The notes below the pieces were generated by a model. The model was not told the origin of the DNA, did not search any database, and saw only the letters and a program-made list of their open reading frames with translations. The position numbers and the translations under genes are program-made. A DNA stretch of 63,511 nt, filler included, from Octopus bimaculoides (Eukaryota), in the NCBI RefSeq assembly GCF_001194135.2. It is 8 parts of 6 records of this genome, joined end to end, with 100 filler letters (N's around TTAATTAATTAA, not from the genome) between each part and the next. Parts side by side here need not be neighbours in the genome. Positions count along the whole stretch, not along the records: positions 10,944 to 22,024 come from NW_026383056.1; positions 22,125 to 26,483 come from NC_068997.1; 6 more parts are not named here. The stretch is one strand, 5' to 3'. Position 1 is the first letter of the stretch. The number at the start of each line of letters is the position of its first letter. This document shows, piece by piece, positions 11,598 to 23,379 of this stretch.

Positions 11598-12162
11598 CTG
11601 TGTGTCTATGTATATGCGTATATATAAATACAAAAAAAAATGGAATAAGAACGTAATAGATAACATTAAAAACATACGGACAAATAGATGATACAAAGAC
11701 GGACAGGAAAAAACAAGCACGGATCATTCGTGGCCTTCTGTTCATCAGTCAAGTTTCCAAATTATCATTACAGTTTCGGCCTGTTACAAAAATCTAAGCT
11801 AAGAGCATTAAATTTTTGCAAGAAAGCAAGCGAATATGTACGNNNNNNNNNNNNNNNNNNNNNNNNNNNNNNNNNNNNNNNNNNNNNNNNNNNNNNNNNN
11901 NNNNNNNNNNNNNNNNNNNNNNNNNNNNNNNNNNNNNNNNNNNNNNNNNNNNNNNNNNNNNNNNNNNNNNNNNNNNNNNNNNNNNNNNNNNNNNNNNNNN
12001 NNNNNNNNNNNNNNNNNNNNNNNNNNNNNNNNNNNNNNNNNNNNNNNNNNNNNNNNNNNNNNNNNNNNNNNNNNNNNNNNNNNNNNNNNNNNNNNNNNNN
12101 NNNNNNNNNNNNNNNNNNNNNNNNNNNNNNNNNNNNNNNNNNNNNNNNNNNNNNNNNNNNNN

Positions 12163-12212
<50 letters not shown>

Positions 12213-12771
12213 TATATATACATGCATTTAAAAGAATTTCAGCTAGTTATTCTTTATAAAGAATGTTTTTCTAAAAATAGAAATTATTAATTATATAAAA
12301 AAAATCTTTAAAAAATTAATTCACAATGACACGGACTACTCCATAACTTGAAACTGAAAAGCTAAAAGCGCTTACACATAATACATAAACTTGTTTCCAA
12401 AATGTTCGTGTCATTCTGTATTGTTTTAAAAGTCTTTTTTTTAAATATAATTAATAATTCGTCCTTTGCACGGTGAACAACGAAAATGCAAACGATGTTT
12501 TGCATATTTATTCTTAATTATGTTCTAGTATATTCGAACACAAATATACTAACCGCATAACTTCACAAGAGCATAACTTCTTTTTTATCGACAACAACAT
12601 GTACCTAATATACTGAACTGATTTGTACGAGGACGTCTGCGACACCCGTGTTTGGACAGGTTTCGTATATACCATCAGACATTGTCGTCTGTCACTCTAA
12701 ATATTTAGCCACCACCTGACACCTTTTTCCTTTCTACTCTGTCATATTACTGCAGAGGTGTTTGAACTCAC

Positions 12772-12819
12772 CCAGATACAATGAATAGGGTGTAACTGTT
12801 TTGGAACTAACACCAGATG
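12772..12819 (-). CDS. Candidate 48-nt symmetric exon, unverified
   Basis: Acceptor cacgttcttatacag, donor TGG|gtgagt; phase-1 reading xSGVSSKTVTPYSLYL. No recognisable homology. Confidence 0.25.
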
Positions 12820-13399
12820 CTGTATAAGAACGTGATAACAAATGAGAAGATTTAGCGTTCTACTAATTAAGGCTCTAAGTATCCTCAGATGATGGAAGAA
12901 ACAAAAAGAAAAGAAGCGAAATAAGGTCATGGAAATGAACTGTTCTTTAAATGTTTAGATATATCTAGTATATGGAGTCAGTCTATTCCTAGCAACACTT
13001 GCTAAAAGCATCTTTCAAGGAATTAAATAAGAATATTACGAAGGTATTAAGAATTGATGGTGCCAGGCAGATTAACTTGACTTTTAATTAACGTCCAAAC
13101 AAATTGTGAATTCAAGAACCAAAACCTAAAAGCTAATAGATTTCGTTTGTACACACAGCGCCAGCACGTACACACATGTATGTACATACACGATTACGTA
13201 TATATATATATNNNNNNNNNNNNNNNNNNNNNNNNNNNNNNNNNNNNNNNNNNNNNNNNNNNNNNNNNNNNNNNNNNNNNNNNNNNNNNNNNNNNNNNNN
13301 NNNNNNNNNNNNNNNNNNNNNNNNNNNNNNNNNNNNNNNNNNNNNNNNNNNNNNNNNNNNNNNNATATACACACACGCACACGCGTGTGTGTATTATAT

Positions 13400-13437
<38 letters not shown>

Positions 13438-13451
13438 TATAATACATTTAC

Positions 13452-13497
<46 letters not shown>

Positions 13498-13606
13498 GCG
13501 TGTGTGTGTGTGAGTGTGTGTGTCAGTGAGCAAGCACGCATATAAAAGTGCATAAAAAAGTGTAAGAGTATGTTTGTGTATGTATGTCTAAGGGAGTGAC
13601 AGAGAA

Positions 13607-13641
<35 letters not shown>

Positions 13642-13856
13642 TGAAACGATAGAAGGATAGCGGGAGAAAGAAAGCGTTGGAAGGTCTGTAATGGACTCAA
13701 GATTGTAAGGTGGGTGTATCAAGCTGCTTAGTGACCTGTCTGTGTCTGACAATATTATAATACACACACACGCACACACAGCACACACTTACATACACAA
13801 ACACACTACGCACACATACATACACAATATACACATGCATATACATATGTACTCAC

Positions 13857-13905
<49 letters not shown>

Positions 13906-13908
<3 letters not shown>

Positions 13909-14095
13909 GAGAATGTACGAAAAAAACAACAACAGATGAGGACAGGTGGTGTAAACAACAAAAGGATGTATTAGTTTAACGCTCGGGAATAGAGAATGTC
14001 TTTAACGTTTCGAGGTACGCTCTTCAACAGAAAGAATAAGGAGAAAAACAAGGAGAAAAACACAGAGAAAAAAATTGAATGTTTTGGTCAGCGAT
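13906..14095 (-). mobile_element. Short (TA)n-associated element with hammerhead-like motif, copy 1
   Basis: Begins tgggagaat after (TA)n; minus strand 14030-13978 reads CTGTTGA-A-GAG-CGTAC-CTC-GAAA-CG…CG-TT. Confidence 0.75.
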
Positions 14096-14096
14096 C

Positions 14097-14155
<59 letters not shown>

Positions 14156-14613
14156 ATGTGTATATATATGTGTATATATGCACATATATGCTTCTAAACT
14201 CTGTAGCCCTATTGGTAGAGATTCCCAATTTCATTTAAAGCACATTTTATACACACTCTACGCATACATAATACATCACTGTCTGTGATCTGTGGTGGCG
14301 AAAGTATGTCTATAACATACCAGAAACAACGTCACAAATATTGATCTTTCTCACGAAACGAGATGGTTGGGTGTCGGTTGTTCGGCCACTGAACGTTTGG
14401 CATGACTGAGTGGACATTCGGCCTGTTTTGCTCTTATATTTTTTGACACTGGAGGCAAACACACTCACGCAGAGAAATATACACGTGCAGATAGATAGAT
14501 ACTGAGATACTGAGACAGAGTGCGTGTATGTGTGTGTACGGGAAAGAGTAGGAGTGCCATAGGAGAGAGTAAGGAAGGAAGAGAGAGGGAGAGAGAGAAA
14601 GAAAGAGAGAGTC

Positions 14614-14659
<46 letters not shown>

Positions 14660-14812
14660 NNNNNNNNNNNNNNNNNNNNNNNNNNNNNNNNNNNNNNNNN
14701 NNNNNNNNNNNNNNNNNNNNNNNNNNNNNNNNNNNNNNNNNNNNNNNNNNNNNNNNNNNNNNNNNNNNNNNNNNNNNNNNNNNNNNNNNNNNAGAGAGAA
14801 AGAGAGAGAGAT

Positions 14813-14858
<46 letters not shown>

Positions 14859-15239
14859 GGGGGAGAGAGGAAGAGGGGTAAAAAAAGGGTGAGATACTGA
14901 TAGAAACACTAAAAGGGGAGAAACATTAAAACGACCAATGTCAAATAAGTTAGCGTCGAATCAACGACCCCAAAATGGCTGAACGAAAACGTGTCATGTT
15001 CTCTACTTCAGGCCCAGAAAATACTCAGCTCCTAACAATAATTATCGTCCCTCTAAAACACTGAGAGGAAATTAAGAACGAAGTACTACCCTTCCATCGG
15101 TGACAATGCTGCTACTACACACAAATATCGTCGACAATATTCCAAAAATGGCCACTTGATAAAATGTCAAGAAGTCGCTTACTAAGACGCTACAACCTCC
15201 GCCATATTTATGTGCTGTATCCTTTGTCTCATGAAAATT

Positions 15240-15525
15240 AGGCTTAGGTGTTCGACTCACGATCGAAAGTTGTGAATTCCATACCCCTGCGGTGTGTTCT
15301 ATCCTTGAGAGTCACTTTATTTCACGTAGCTCCAGTACTTTCATCTGACAAAATGAGTAGTAGCTGTATTTCAAAAGGTCAGCCTTGTCATATCCTGTTG
15401 TAAGCTGAATTTCTCCGAAAACTACGCTAAGGGTACACGTGTCTGTGGAGTATTCAGCAACTTGCAGCAAGCTGTTCCGTTGATCGGATCATCTGTAATC
15501 CTCATCGTCGTAACCGACGATGTGT
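15240..15525 (+). mobile_element. SINE family C: tRNA-like head, Meta-like core, tail type 1
   Basis: ggtgttcgactcacgatc…tccttgagagtcactttatttcacgtagctccagt…aaaatgagtag, then tail …ctacgctaagggtacacgtgtctgtggag…ctgttccgttgatcggatc…gtcgtaaccgacg. Confidence 0.7.
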
Positions 15526-16040
15526 CAGTTATACTTTCTCTCTGTATTTTCTTCGATACTATAATAGCTTCTGTCTGTTCTTTGAAACTGGCTGGAGTCA
15601 TCCCCTCTTGTGCGCCAACATCGCTGTTTTCTTCCTCATCCTATGCCGTATACATAAACCGTATACATAAACCTTCCTCTTGACCAGTAAGTAACTCTGA
15701 AATTCCCTTTCGGCACACGCTGGCATCAACTTGTAACTGTTAAAAAAAGAACGCTGCGTCAGTCTTACTGGTAACGGAGGACCTAGACAGATCATTGGCA
15801 CTGAACGTTCGGCCAGGACAAACCATTAAGAAGAAAAACAAAAACAGAAGCAAACAATTATACACGTGTGCAGTTGAATGCAGGCGAATATGTGCACAAA
15901 TATTTGCAAGAAGTGCAGCAAAGGGGGAAAATGCGTGGAACAGAAGCGCATGAAAATGGGCGAAAATGCACAATTTGGTTTACACACACACATATACATA
16001 CACATGTAAATATATATGCATCAATGTGTAATATGTATGC

Positions 16041-16088
<48 letters not shown>

Positions 16089-16197
16089 GTGAGTGTGCAT
16101 GAGTGTGTGTATGTCATTATGCTTGTCTATCTATCTACCTGTGTGTGTGCATGTCTATTTATCTATATTTTTCTCTCTCTCTTTCTCTCTCTCTCTC

Positions 16198-16235
<38 letters not shown>

Positions 16236-16288
16236 AGCAGACACACATACCTACATATACATTTATTATAAATGAACATATAAACAAG

Positions 16289-16334
<46 letters not shown>

Positions 16335-16745
16335 GTATGTGCGTTTTTGTTCGTGTATGTGTGTGTGTGTGTGTGTGTATGAGTGTGTGTGTTTGTGCGA
16401 GCGCGTGCGAAATATGTAGAGTTTGCACATCTTTGTGCCAAATGAAATTCTGAATCGAGATTAATAGAGCTACAGCCAAGAGAGTCAATGCAGATGAAAT
16501 ACGAAAAAGCGTTAGTTTGTTTCTGTTTTTACATGCAACATCTCTGGTTTGACATTTGAATAGAACGACTGCAGCTGTCGTCTGCCTTGCACATATTTCC
16601 CCCGCTTCATCCGCAGATAAGAAATAAAGCAGAACAGTATTGATGTAATGCAGCGCACACAGAAAACGCTATATTCACGTATATGCGTATACATGTACCG
16701 GCACGCGCGCACACTCACATACATAACTTACTATCAAATTGTTAG

Positions 16746-16784
<39 letters not shown>

Positions 16785-16959
16785 CTGTGCATATATGAAA
16801 GTATATATGTATATATACATAAATATACATACATATATACACATACATACATGTATATATATATATATATATGTGTATATATATACTTACATATATACAC
16901 ATAAAAACATTTACATTCATACTAGTACATATATTAATATTTATGTATGTATGTATATA

Positions 16960-17300
16960 TGGGAGAATATACAAAAAATAACAACAGGCGAGGACAGGTG
17001 GTGTAAATAACAAAAGTATATATTAGTATGACGCTCGGGAATACGGAAAGTCTTTGACGTTTCGAGCTACGCTCTTCAACAGAAAGAATACGGAGACAAG
17101 GAGAAAAACACGGAGAAAAAAAATTGAATAGTGTTCAGTCAACGGTCAATCATAATAATGGCCGATCATAACAATGACTGACCGGAAGTTAGAAATTCTT
17201 ATTTCAGGAGAGCTAAGAAAGGGGGAGATAACAAACGGTGATCGGGAACGAGGGGCTGTGTGTGGGAGGTAGACTGCTGGTGATCTTGACGTATGTATAT
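16960..17300 (-). mobile_element. Short (TA)n-associated element with hammerhead-like motif, copy 2 (longest)
   Basis: Minus strand 17082-17030 reads CTGTTGA-A-GAGC-GTA-GCTC-GAAA-CG…CG-TC; one mismatch to copy 3 over ~155 bp. Confidence 0.8.
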
Positions 17301-17879
17301 ATATATATATNNNNNNNNNNNNNNNNNNNNNNNNNNNNNNNNNNNNNNNNNNNNNNNNNNNNNNNNNNNNNNNNNNNNNNNNNNNNNNNNNNNNNNNNNN
17401 NNNNNNNNNNNNNNNNNNNNNNNNNNNNNNNNNNNNNNNNNNNNNNNNNNNNNNNNNNNNNNNNNNNNNNNNNNNNNNNNNNNNNNNNNNNNNNNNNNNN
17501 NNNNNNNNNNNNNNNNNNNNNNNNNNNNNNNNNNNNNNNNNNNNNNNNNNNNNNNNNNNNNNNNNNNNNNNNNNNNNNNNNNNNNNNNNNNNNNNNNNNN
17601 NNNNNNNNNNNNNNNNNNNNNNNNNNNNNNNNNNNNNNNNNNNNNNNNNNNNNNNNNNNNNNNNNNNNNNNNNNNNNNNNNNNNNNNNNNNNNNNNNNNN
17701 NNNNNNNNNNNNNNNNNNNNNNNNNNNNNNNNNNNNNNNNNNNNNNNNNNNNNNNNNNNNNNNNNNNNNNNNNNNNNNNNNNNNNNNNNNNNNNNNNNNN
17801 NNNNNNNNNNNNNNNNNNNNNNNNNNNNNNNNNNNNNNNNNNNNNNNNNNNNNNNNNNNNTATATATATATATATATGT

Positions 17880-18105
17880 AAGCGAACAGTCATGGTACGA
17901 ACAAAATGGAGATCGTTGTATCAAAACGGTATTAAAAACTTTGTTGCAACCAGCATTAACAGGCTTCGGGGTGCAAGGCAAAAGAGAAAGGCGGCCTCAA
18001 ATATACCACCTACACTAGGCTGTAATCCTCAAACTTGCAACATTTGTAGCCTTCTTTGGAAATCGATGGCGGCTCTTGAATGTCACATTCGACATTGGCA
18101 TCATG
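17880..18105 (+). mobile_element. RTE-clade LINE, 3' end of ORF
   Basis: RTKWRSLYQNGIKNF…RQKRKA…TCNICSLLWKSMAALECHIRH matches the RTE C-terminal WR…G…F…KR..RK…C..C…H pattern. Confidence 0.7.
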
Positions 18106-18243
18106 ACTATAAGATTACGTTGTTGGAGCCTAATACGTCAAAACCGACGGGTGAGTCCATCATATATTATATATATATATATATATATATACAGAGAGAG
18201 AGAGAGAAAGAGATAGAGAGAGTGAGAGGGAGAAAGAGAGGGA

Positions 18244-18335
<92 letters not shown>

Positions 18336-18350
18336 AAGAGAGAGAGATAT

Positions 18351-18384
<34 letters not shown>

Positions 18385-18639
18385 CGGGAGAGAAAGTGAG
18401 AGAGAGCGGGAGAGAAAGTGAGAGAGAGCTGGAGAGAAAGTGAGAGATAGATAGATAAATAAATAGATAGATACTTTTTGCCCGAATAGTTAATAATTTT
18501 GCCCCGCAACTATGCAGTTTATCTTTCGATCTCATTGTATGAGAATCTTAATGAATGTCACTTGCTATATTCATGATGCATGACCCTGCTTTCATACAGA
18601 AGGAAAATTTTCATGGAAAGCGTCTGGCCAAAGATCTGG

Positions 18640-18955
18640 TCACTTTTTCACAGAAACCTACCTACCTACCTACAAACATACATACAAAGAGTACTGGTGG
18701 AATGTCCCAGTGAAAACCCCAATGAAACGTAAACCTAATAGACCTGACATAGTGATTTGGGATGGAAAGAGAAACTGTGTATTGTTGTGCAAATCAGCTT
18801 CCCAGCGAATGTTGACATAACTTTCAATATCAGCGATAAAAAAATATTTACTGTTACCCTATCCAGATCATAAGTTCATTTCTATTATCCCTGTAATTAT
18901 TGGGGCACTGGAATATATAATACGCTGCCTAAATACCAATCTTAAGATATTAGAC
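18640..18955 (+). mobile_element. RLE-type non-LTR retrotransposon remnant (endonuclease region)
   Basis: EYWWNVPVKTPMKRKPNRPDIVIWD…PVIIGAL; the RPD…PVIIGALG motifs are typical of the restriction-like endonuclease. Confidence 0.75.
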
Positions 18956-18957
18956 CA

Positions 18958-19349
18958 TTTTTGCATCAATGGTCTTTTTCCAGTCGAGAAAGCAATATGG
19001 AGCCCACTTGGAGGCGTCTTGAATCTCGTTCAGTTGATGCAGAAGAAACCTATCCGTTTTCTTGACTTCTCGATTTTTTTACAGGTCTCCAAAAACCGTT
19101 GTGCGAGATGTTTGGAGTTCCAATAAAAGTTTTCGGACCTTTGTTCTCAGATTTTGTTCCATCATGCCGAATAACTGATTTTGGCATACCCCTTCGATTA
19201 TTTTCATGGCTATCATCCTCTGAACGAGAGCTTTGGAACCATCTCTGAACAGTTCTAATATCAACAAAACCATTATCAAAGGGCCGCTTGATGTTCCGTA
19301 GATATTCTACGGCAGAGTGACCCAGTTTGTACTCATACGAGAAAATCAC
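18958..19349 (-). mobile_element. Mariner transposase N-terminal remnant
   Basis: FSYEYKLGHSAVE…RTVQRWFQ.SRSEDDS.E…R.G.PKSVI is the mariner paired-like HTH region; frameshifted. Confidence 0.85.
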
Positions 19350-19461
19350 TCAACATAGTTTGGTTGTTATAATTTTCATAAGATCTGTGGGTACGAATTT
19401 GTATATCAATATTGTTGGGAAAGAAAAATAGTCAAGATTAAATGCAAGGTATACACAATTG

Positions 19462-19715
19462 GTGGAGGCGTGTGGCTTAGTGGTCAGGGTGTCGGCATCA
19501 TGATCGTAAGATTGTGGTTTCGATTCCTGGACCGGGCAACGCATTGTGTTCTTGAGCAAAACACTTCATTTTCACGTTGCACCAGTCCACTCAGCTGGCA
19601 AAAATGAGTAATGCTGCGATGGACTGGCGTCCTGTCCAGCTGGGAAACACATACGCCATTGAAACCGGGAAACCGGGCCCATGAGCCTGGTTAGGCTTTA
19701 AAAGGGCGCATTTAT
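19462..19715 (+). mobile_element. SINE family C: tRNA head, Meta-like core, V-like segment, tail type 2
   Basis: A-box TGGCTTAGTGG (19473-19483), B-box GGTTTCGATTCC (19516-19527), core ttcttgagcaaaacacttc…cagtccactcagctg…aaatgagta, then gcgatggactggcgtcctgtccag. Confidence 0.85.
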
Positions 19716-19790
19716 TTTATTTTTTATACATAATTGAATTTTTAAATCACTGAAATAAGTGATTAAAGATGCGACATTTCACGTGAGACA

Positions 19791-19845
<55 letters not shown>

Positions 19846-19876
19846 ACACACACACACACACGTATGTATATCTGTG

Positions 19877-19927
<51 letters not shown>

Positions 19928-19930
<3 letters not shown>

Positions 19931-20105
19931 TATCTGTGTTTGATCCCCGCCCACCACCGCTTGAAAACTGGCGTTGGTGTGTTTGGGTCCCCGTAACTTA
20001 GCGGTTCGGCAAAAAGTCCGATAGGATAGATACCAGGCTTAGAAAAATACTAGAGTCGGTTCATTCGAGTAAAAATTGAAGGTGGTGCCCCATCACGGCC
20101 GCACA
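19928..20105 (+). mobile_element. SINE family A, 3' half
   Basis: ccccgcccaccaccgcttgaaaactggcgttggtgtgttt…cttagcggttcggcaaaa…ggtggtgccccatcacggccgca. Confidence 0.75.
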
Positions 20106-20344
20106 CGTAAGTTAATGTTATTTTCTGCGGAGATAAAATCTCCTATGAGCGTGTTGCATTTAAAAATACAGTACAAATGATGCCCGGAAGTGGTTAACGA
20201 GAGCACCAGATGCATTTCAATCCCTGATGGTCCTGGTCAATGACGTGTATTTAGAGATAGCACATTTTTAAGAGATTTTTTTTTCATCTCGGACGAAACC
20301 GGAGTAACGAACGTGCATCTCAATTGTGTATATGCAGTAATTAC

Positions 20345-20700
20345 ACAAATGGCTGTTTCCGGGTTGTTTCTTTGATGATAATTTAGTTATAGGAAGACGT
20401 ATGTCTGTATTGTAAGAACCTATTGGGTTTTCTGTAGTTTGATTATTGGGTGTTGGTAAGGTTTTAAGTGGTGTATCAGGAGCCACAATTTTGAAGATTT
20501 TATTGAAAATGAGGCTAAAAACAATTTAATAGAATTAAAATGGCGTAGGGTTCGTCCTGGATATGTCTGAAGAAGAAAAAAGTCCTCATCCTGGTACCAA
20601 CCTTCTTTGATTGATGGTGGTAGTATTGGGAACCCTGTGTTTATTTGGTATAGCACGAAGAATAAAGGTTTGAAAGACTGAAAGAAGACTGACAGGCTCA
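20345..20700 (-). mobile_element. Possible Penelope-like RT remnant
   Basis: …SIKEGWYQDEDFFLL…TLRHFNSI loosely resembles the W-x-R-Y-x-D-D-x-F region of PLE RT; weak. Confidence 0.25.
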
Positions 20701-20793
20701 AAACAATAACAGAGAGGAAGATAGATAGATACAAGGATGAATAGATAGATTTAAAGATTGATTGATAGATTGATAGATAGCAAAATAGCGACA

Positions 20794-20898
<105 letters not shown>

Positions 20899-21221
20899 TG
20901 CGTATAAGTATGTGTGTACCTGTGTAAGATAGAATGAAAAAGAGGAAGAATGGAAAGGGTGAGACAAATTATGATAGAACGAAAGAAAGAATGAACGAAA
21001 GAGAAAAGATGAAAGAATGAAAGTAGTTGGTGGTGAAAAAAGGAAAGGAAAGAACGTGAGGGACAGGGAATGAAAAGAAGAGAGAAAGATATTGATAGAC
21101 TAGAAATGAAAGCAAAATGACCGAGTGAAGGAAATGAAAAAGAGTCGCAGAATATTTAAATTTATGGAAATGATATTTTTCGTTTATATAGAGACGAAGT
21201 GAAGAGAGAATGTATACATAT

Positions 21222-21273
<52 letters not shown>

Positions 21274-21274
21274 G

Positions 21275-21610
21275 AAACTTTGGGCAAGTGTCTTCTACTG
21301 TCACCTTGGGCCGACCAATGCTTTGTAAGTGGATTTAGCTGACGGAAACTGAAAGAAGCTCGTTGTATATATATATATATGTATGTGTATTTATGTGTGT
21401 GTGTGTGTTTGTCACTCCACGATCGATTGACAACTGATATTGGTGTGTTTATGTCCCCGTAACTGAACAGTTCGGCAAAAGTGCACGATAGAATAAGTAC
21501 TAGAGTTACAAAGAATAAGTCCTGGTGTCGATTTCTTCGAATAAAACCATTTAAGGCAGTGCTCCAGCATGGCCGCAGTCGAATGACTGAAACAAGTAAA
21601 CGAATAAATG
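21275..21610 (+). mobile_element. SINE family A, nearly complete, with internal (TA)/(TG) tract
   Basis: ttgggcaagtgtcttctact…gacggaaactgaaagaagc-[TA/TG]-gtttgtc…gaataagtcctggtgtcgat…ctccagcatggccgcagtcgaatgactgaaacaagtaaa. Confidence 0.9.
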
Positions 21611-22379
21611 AATATATATATTTGTGTGTGATGCTTTATGTACCTGAACAGTACATGTCACGTGTGTGAGTGCCTCTATGTGTGTATGTGTATGTGTGAG
21701 TGTGTGCGTGTGTGTGTGTGCGTGTGTGCGTGTGTGTGTACTGCTTCTACGAGGAAACTTTATGCAAAAATAAACAACACTCACAAAATGCTGAGAAAAA
21801 TACCAACATCAACAATAACAGCAACATCAACGTTGGGTAAGACAACAAAATAAACAATAAAACAACCCACTCTGCACATTACCCGGACAATCCTCACCCG
21901 ACCCAGGACCTACACATGCGCAAGAAACGCACGCTCAACAAACAACCAGATCAAGTTCACTAACATACACACGTCCATCTATCTATCTGTATGCATATAT
22001 GTAACAGTGTATATATATATATATNNNNNNNNNNNNNNNNNNNNNNNNNNNNNNNNNNNNNNNNNNNNTTAATTAATTAANNNNNNNNNNNNNNNNNNNN
22101 NNNNNNNNNNNNNNNNNNNNNNNNATATATATATATATATATATAATGTGCACAGACAGATAGATAGATAGATAGATAGATAGACTTTTACATGTATGTA
22201 TATGTATATGTATATAAGCATGTATGTATGCACATACGTATGTATATATGTATGTTTGTCTGCATGTATGTATGTATGTATGCATGCATGTATGTATGTA
22301 TGTATGTATGCATGCATGCATGTATGTATGTATGTATGTATGTATGTATATATGTTCGAAGATAAAATTTTGTATCAGA

Positions 22380-22545
22380 GCCCATCTTTTCACGGAGAAG
22401 TACAGAGTTTGAGTGACTTTTTTCTGAAATAAGTTCTCGCAAATTCTGATGCTAGAGTATGCCTTCAATGACTGTAATAATGGTGTCTTTTTTGCTTGAA
22501 TGTAGAACATCAGGTGAGCTCTTCAATCACCAAAGATTTAAGGTA
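22380..22545 (+). mobile_element. RTE/BovB-like RT fragment
   Basis: MLEYAFNDCNNGVFLLECRTSGELFNHQRFK resembles the RTE RT motif ML..AF.DC..GV.I.FRT.GKLFNL.RF. Confidence 0.65.
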
Positions 22546-22760
22546 AGTACCCTTACTAGTACGAAAATTCTTTTAGACTTATTTGTTCGATTCTAATAAT
22601 TAACTAATACTTTCCGGAAGCACAAGAATTCGTAAACTGGTTTTTCTTCGTAGCAAAAGTATTTAAGCCTAACAATAATTGTGCAAAACACAGAAGACAT
22701 ATACCAACCAAAATTAACATTTATCCAAGGAAGTGGCATAATACTTAATAGGCTCCAATA

Positions 22761-23075
22761 CAGTGCACAATCACGTCAAATTCTTGTGGACAACAAGCTT
22801 CTAAAGTATTTGATGTCCTTCCCTTCTTTAGGAAGTAGAATCAATTCCAGCGCTTCTATAGCCAACATCATGACTGCTACTCAATGCTCTATGAACACTG
22901 TGAAGGCTGTAAGACGTGACGTAGACAGCTGCAACGGTAACTACGAAGCCGTGACCAGCAGGCGGAAACACAGCAGGCGTTCTGCCTGAGTTCACACACC
23001 GAAATTCATCCAACAACTGTGGGACAAAGCGATGGAAGATCCCAGTAAGGGAGTTTGGGTTTTCGCGAGAGTGAT
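22761..23075 (+). mobile_element. Tc1/mariner-superfamily transposon 5' remnant
   Basis: Starts TA|CAG; SMNTVKAVRR…GNYEAVTSRRKHSRRS*VHTPKFIQQLWDKAMEDPSKG resembles the RK.HSRRSD..RTPEF.QQ.Q….EDPSK linker of these transposases. Confidence 0.65.
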
Positions 23076-23079
23076 TGGT

Positions 23080-23235
23080 TCAGTATCTGGTGCATGTCGA
23101 GCGCCTTCGCGAGCGCCGACGCAGCCGATGCGCGACCCTTTCACTTTCAATAGTTTCACTTTTGATAGTTTCATTTCTATTAATTTCACTTGGAATATCC
23201 CTTCATCAGCTGTCTCTATTCTATCTAGACGTTTC
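23080..23235 (-). mobile_element. Probable Penelope-like terminal repeat fragment with hammerhead boxes, cut by gap
   Basis: Minus strand emerges from the gap as GAAACGTC-tagatagaatagagacag-CTGATGA-AGGGATATTCC. Confidence 0.4.
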
Positions 23236-23335
23236 NNNNNNNNNNNNNNNNNNNNNNNNNNNNNNNNNNNNNNNNNNNNNNNNNNNNNNNNNNNNNNNNN
23301 NNNNNNNNNNNNNNNNNNNNNNNNNNNNNNNNNNN

Positions 23336-23379
<44 letters not shown>

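Noticed and set aside
15530-15745. Acidic peptide DEEENSDVGAQEG on the minus strand after a good acceptor
   Set aside because: All frames are interrupted by stops and a 13-bp duplication; I cannot assign it to a gene or transposase.
19462-19540. tRNA gene
   Set aside because: A and B boxes are present but it continues into SINE core and tail without a complete acceptor stem or terminator.
22506-22550. Apparent exon with strong donor AAG|gtaagt
   Set aside because: The surrounding frame is better explained as an RTE reverse-transcriptase fragment; exonisation is not excluded but unsupported.
22828-23016. Minus-strand ORF MLDEFRCVNSGRTPAVFPP…
   Set aside because: Antisense of the Tc1/mariner remnant on the plus strand.
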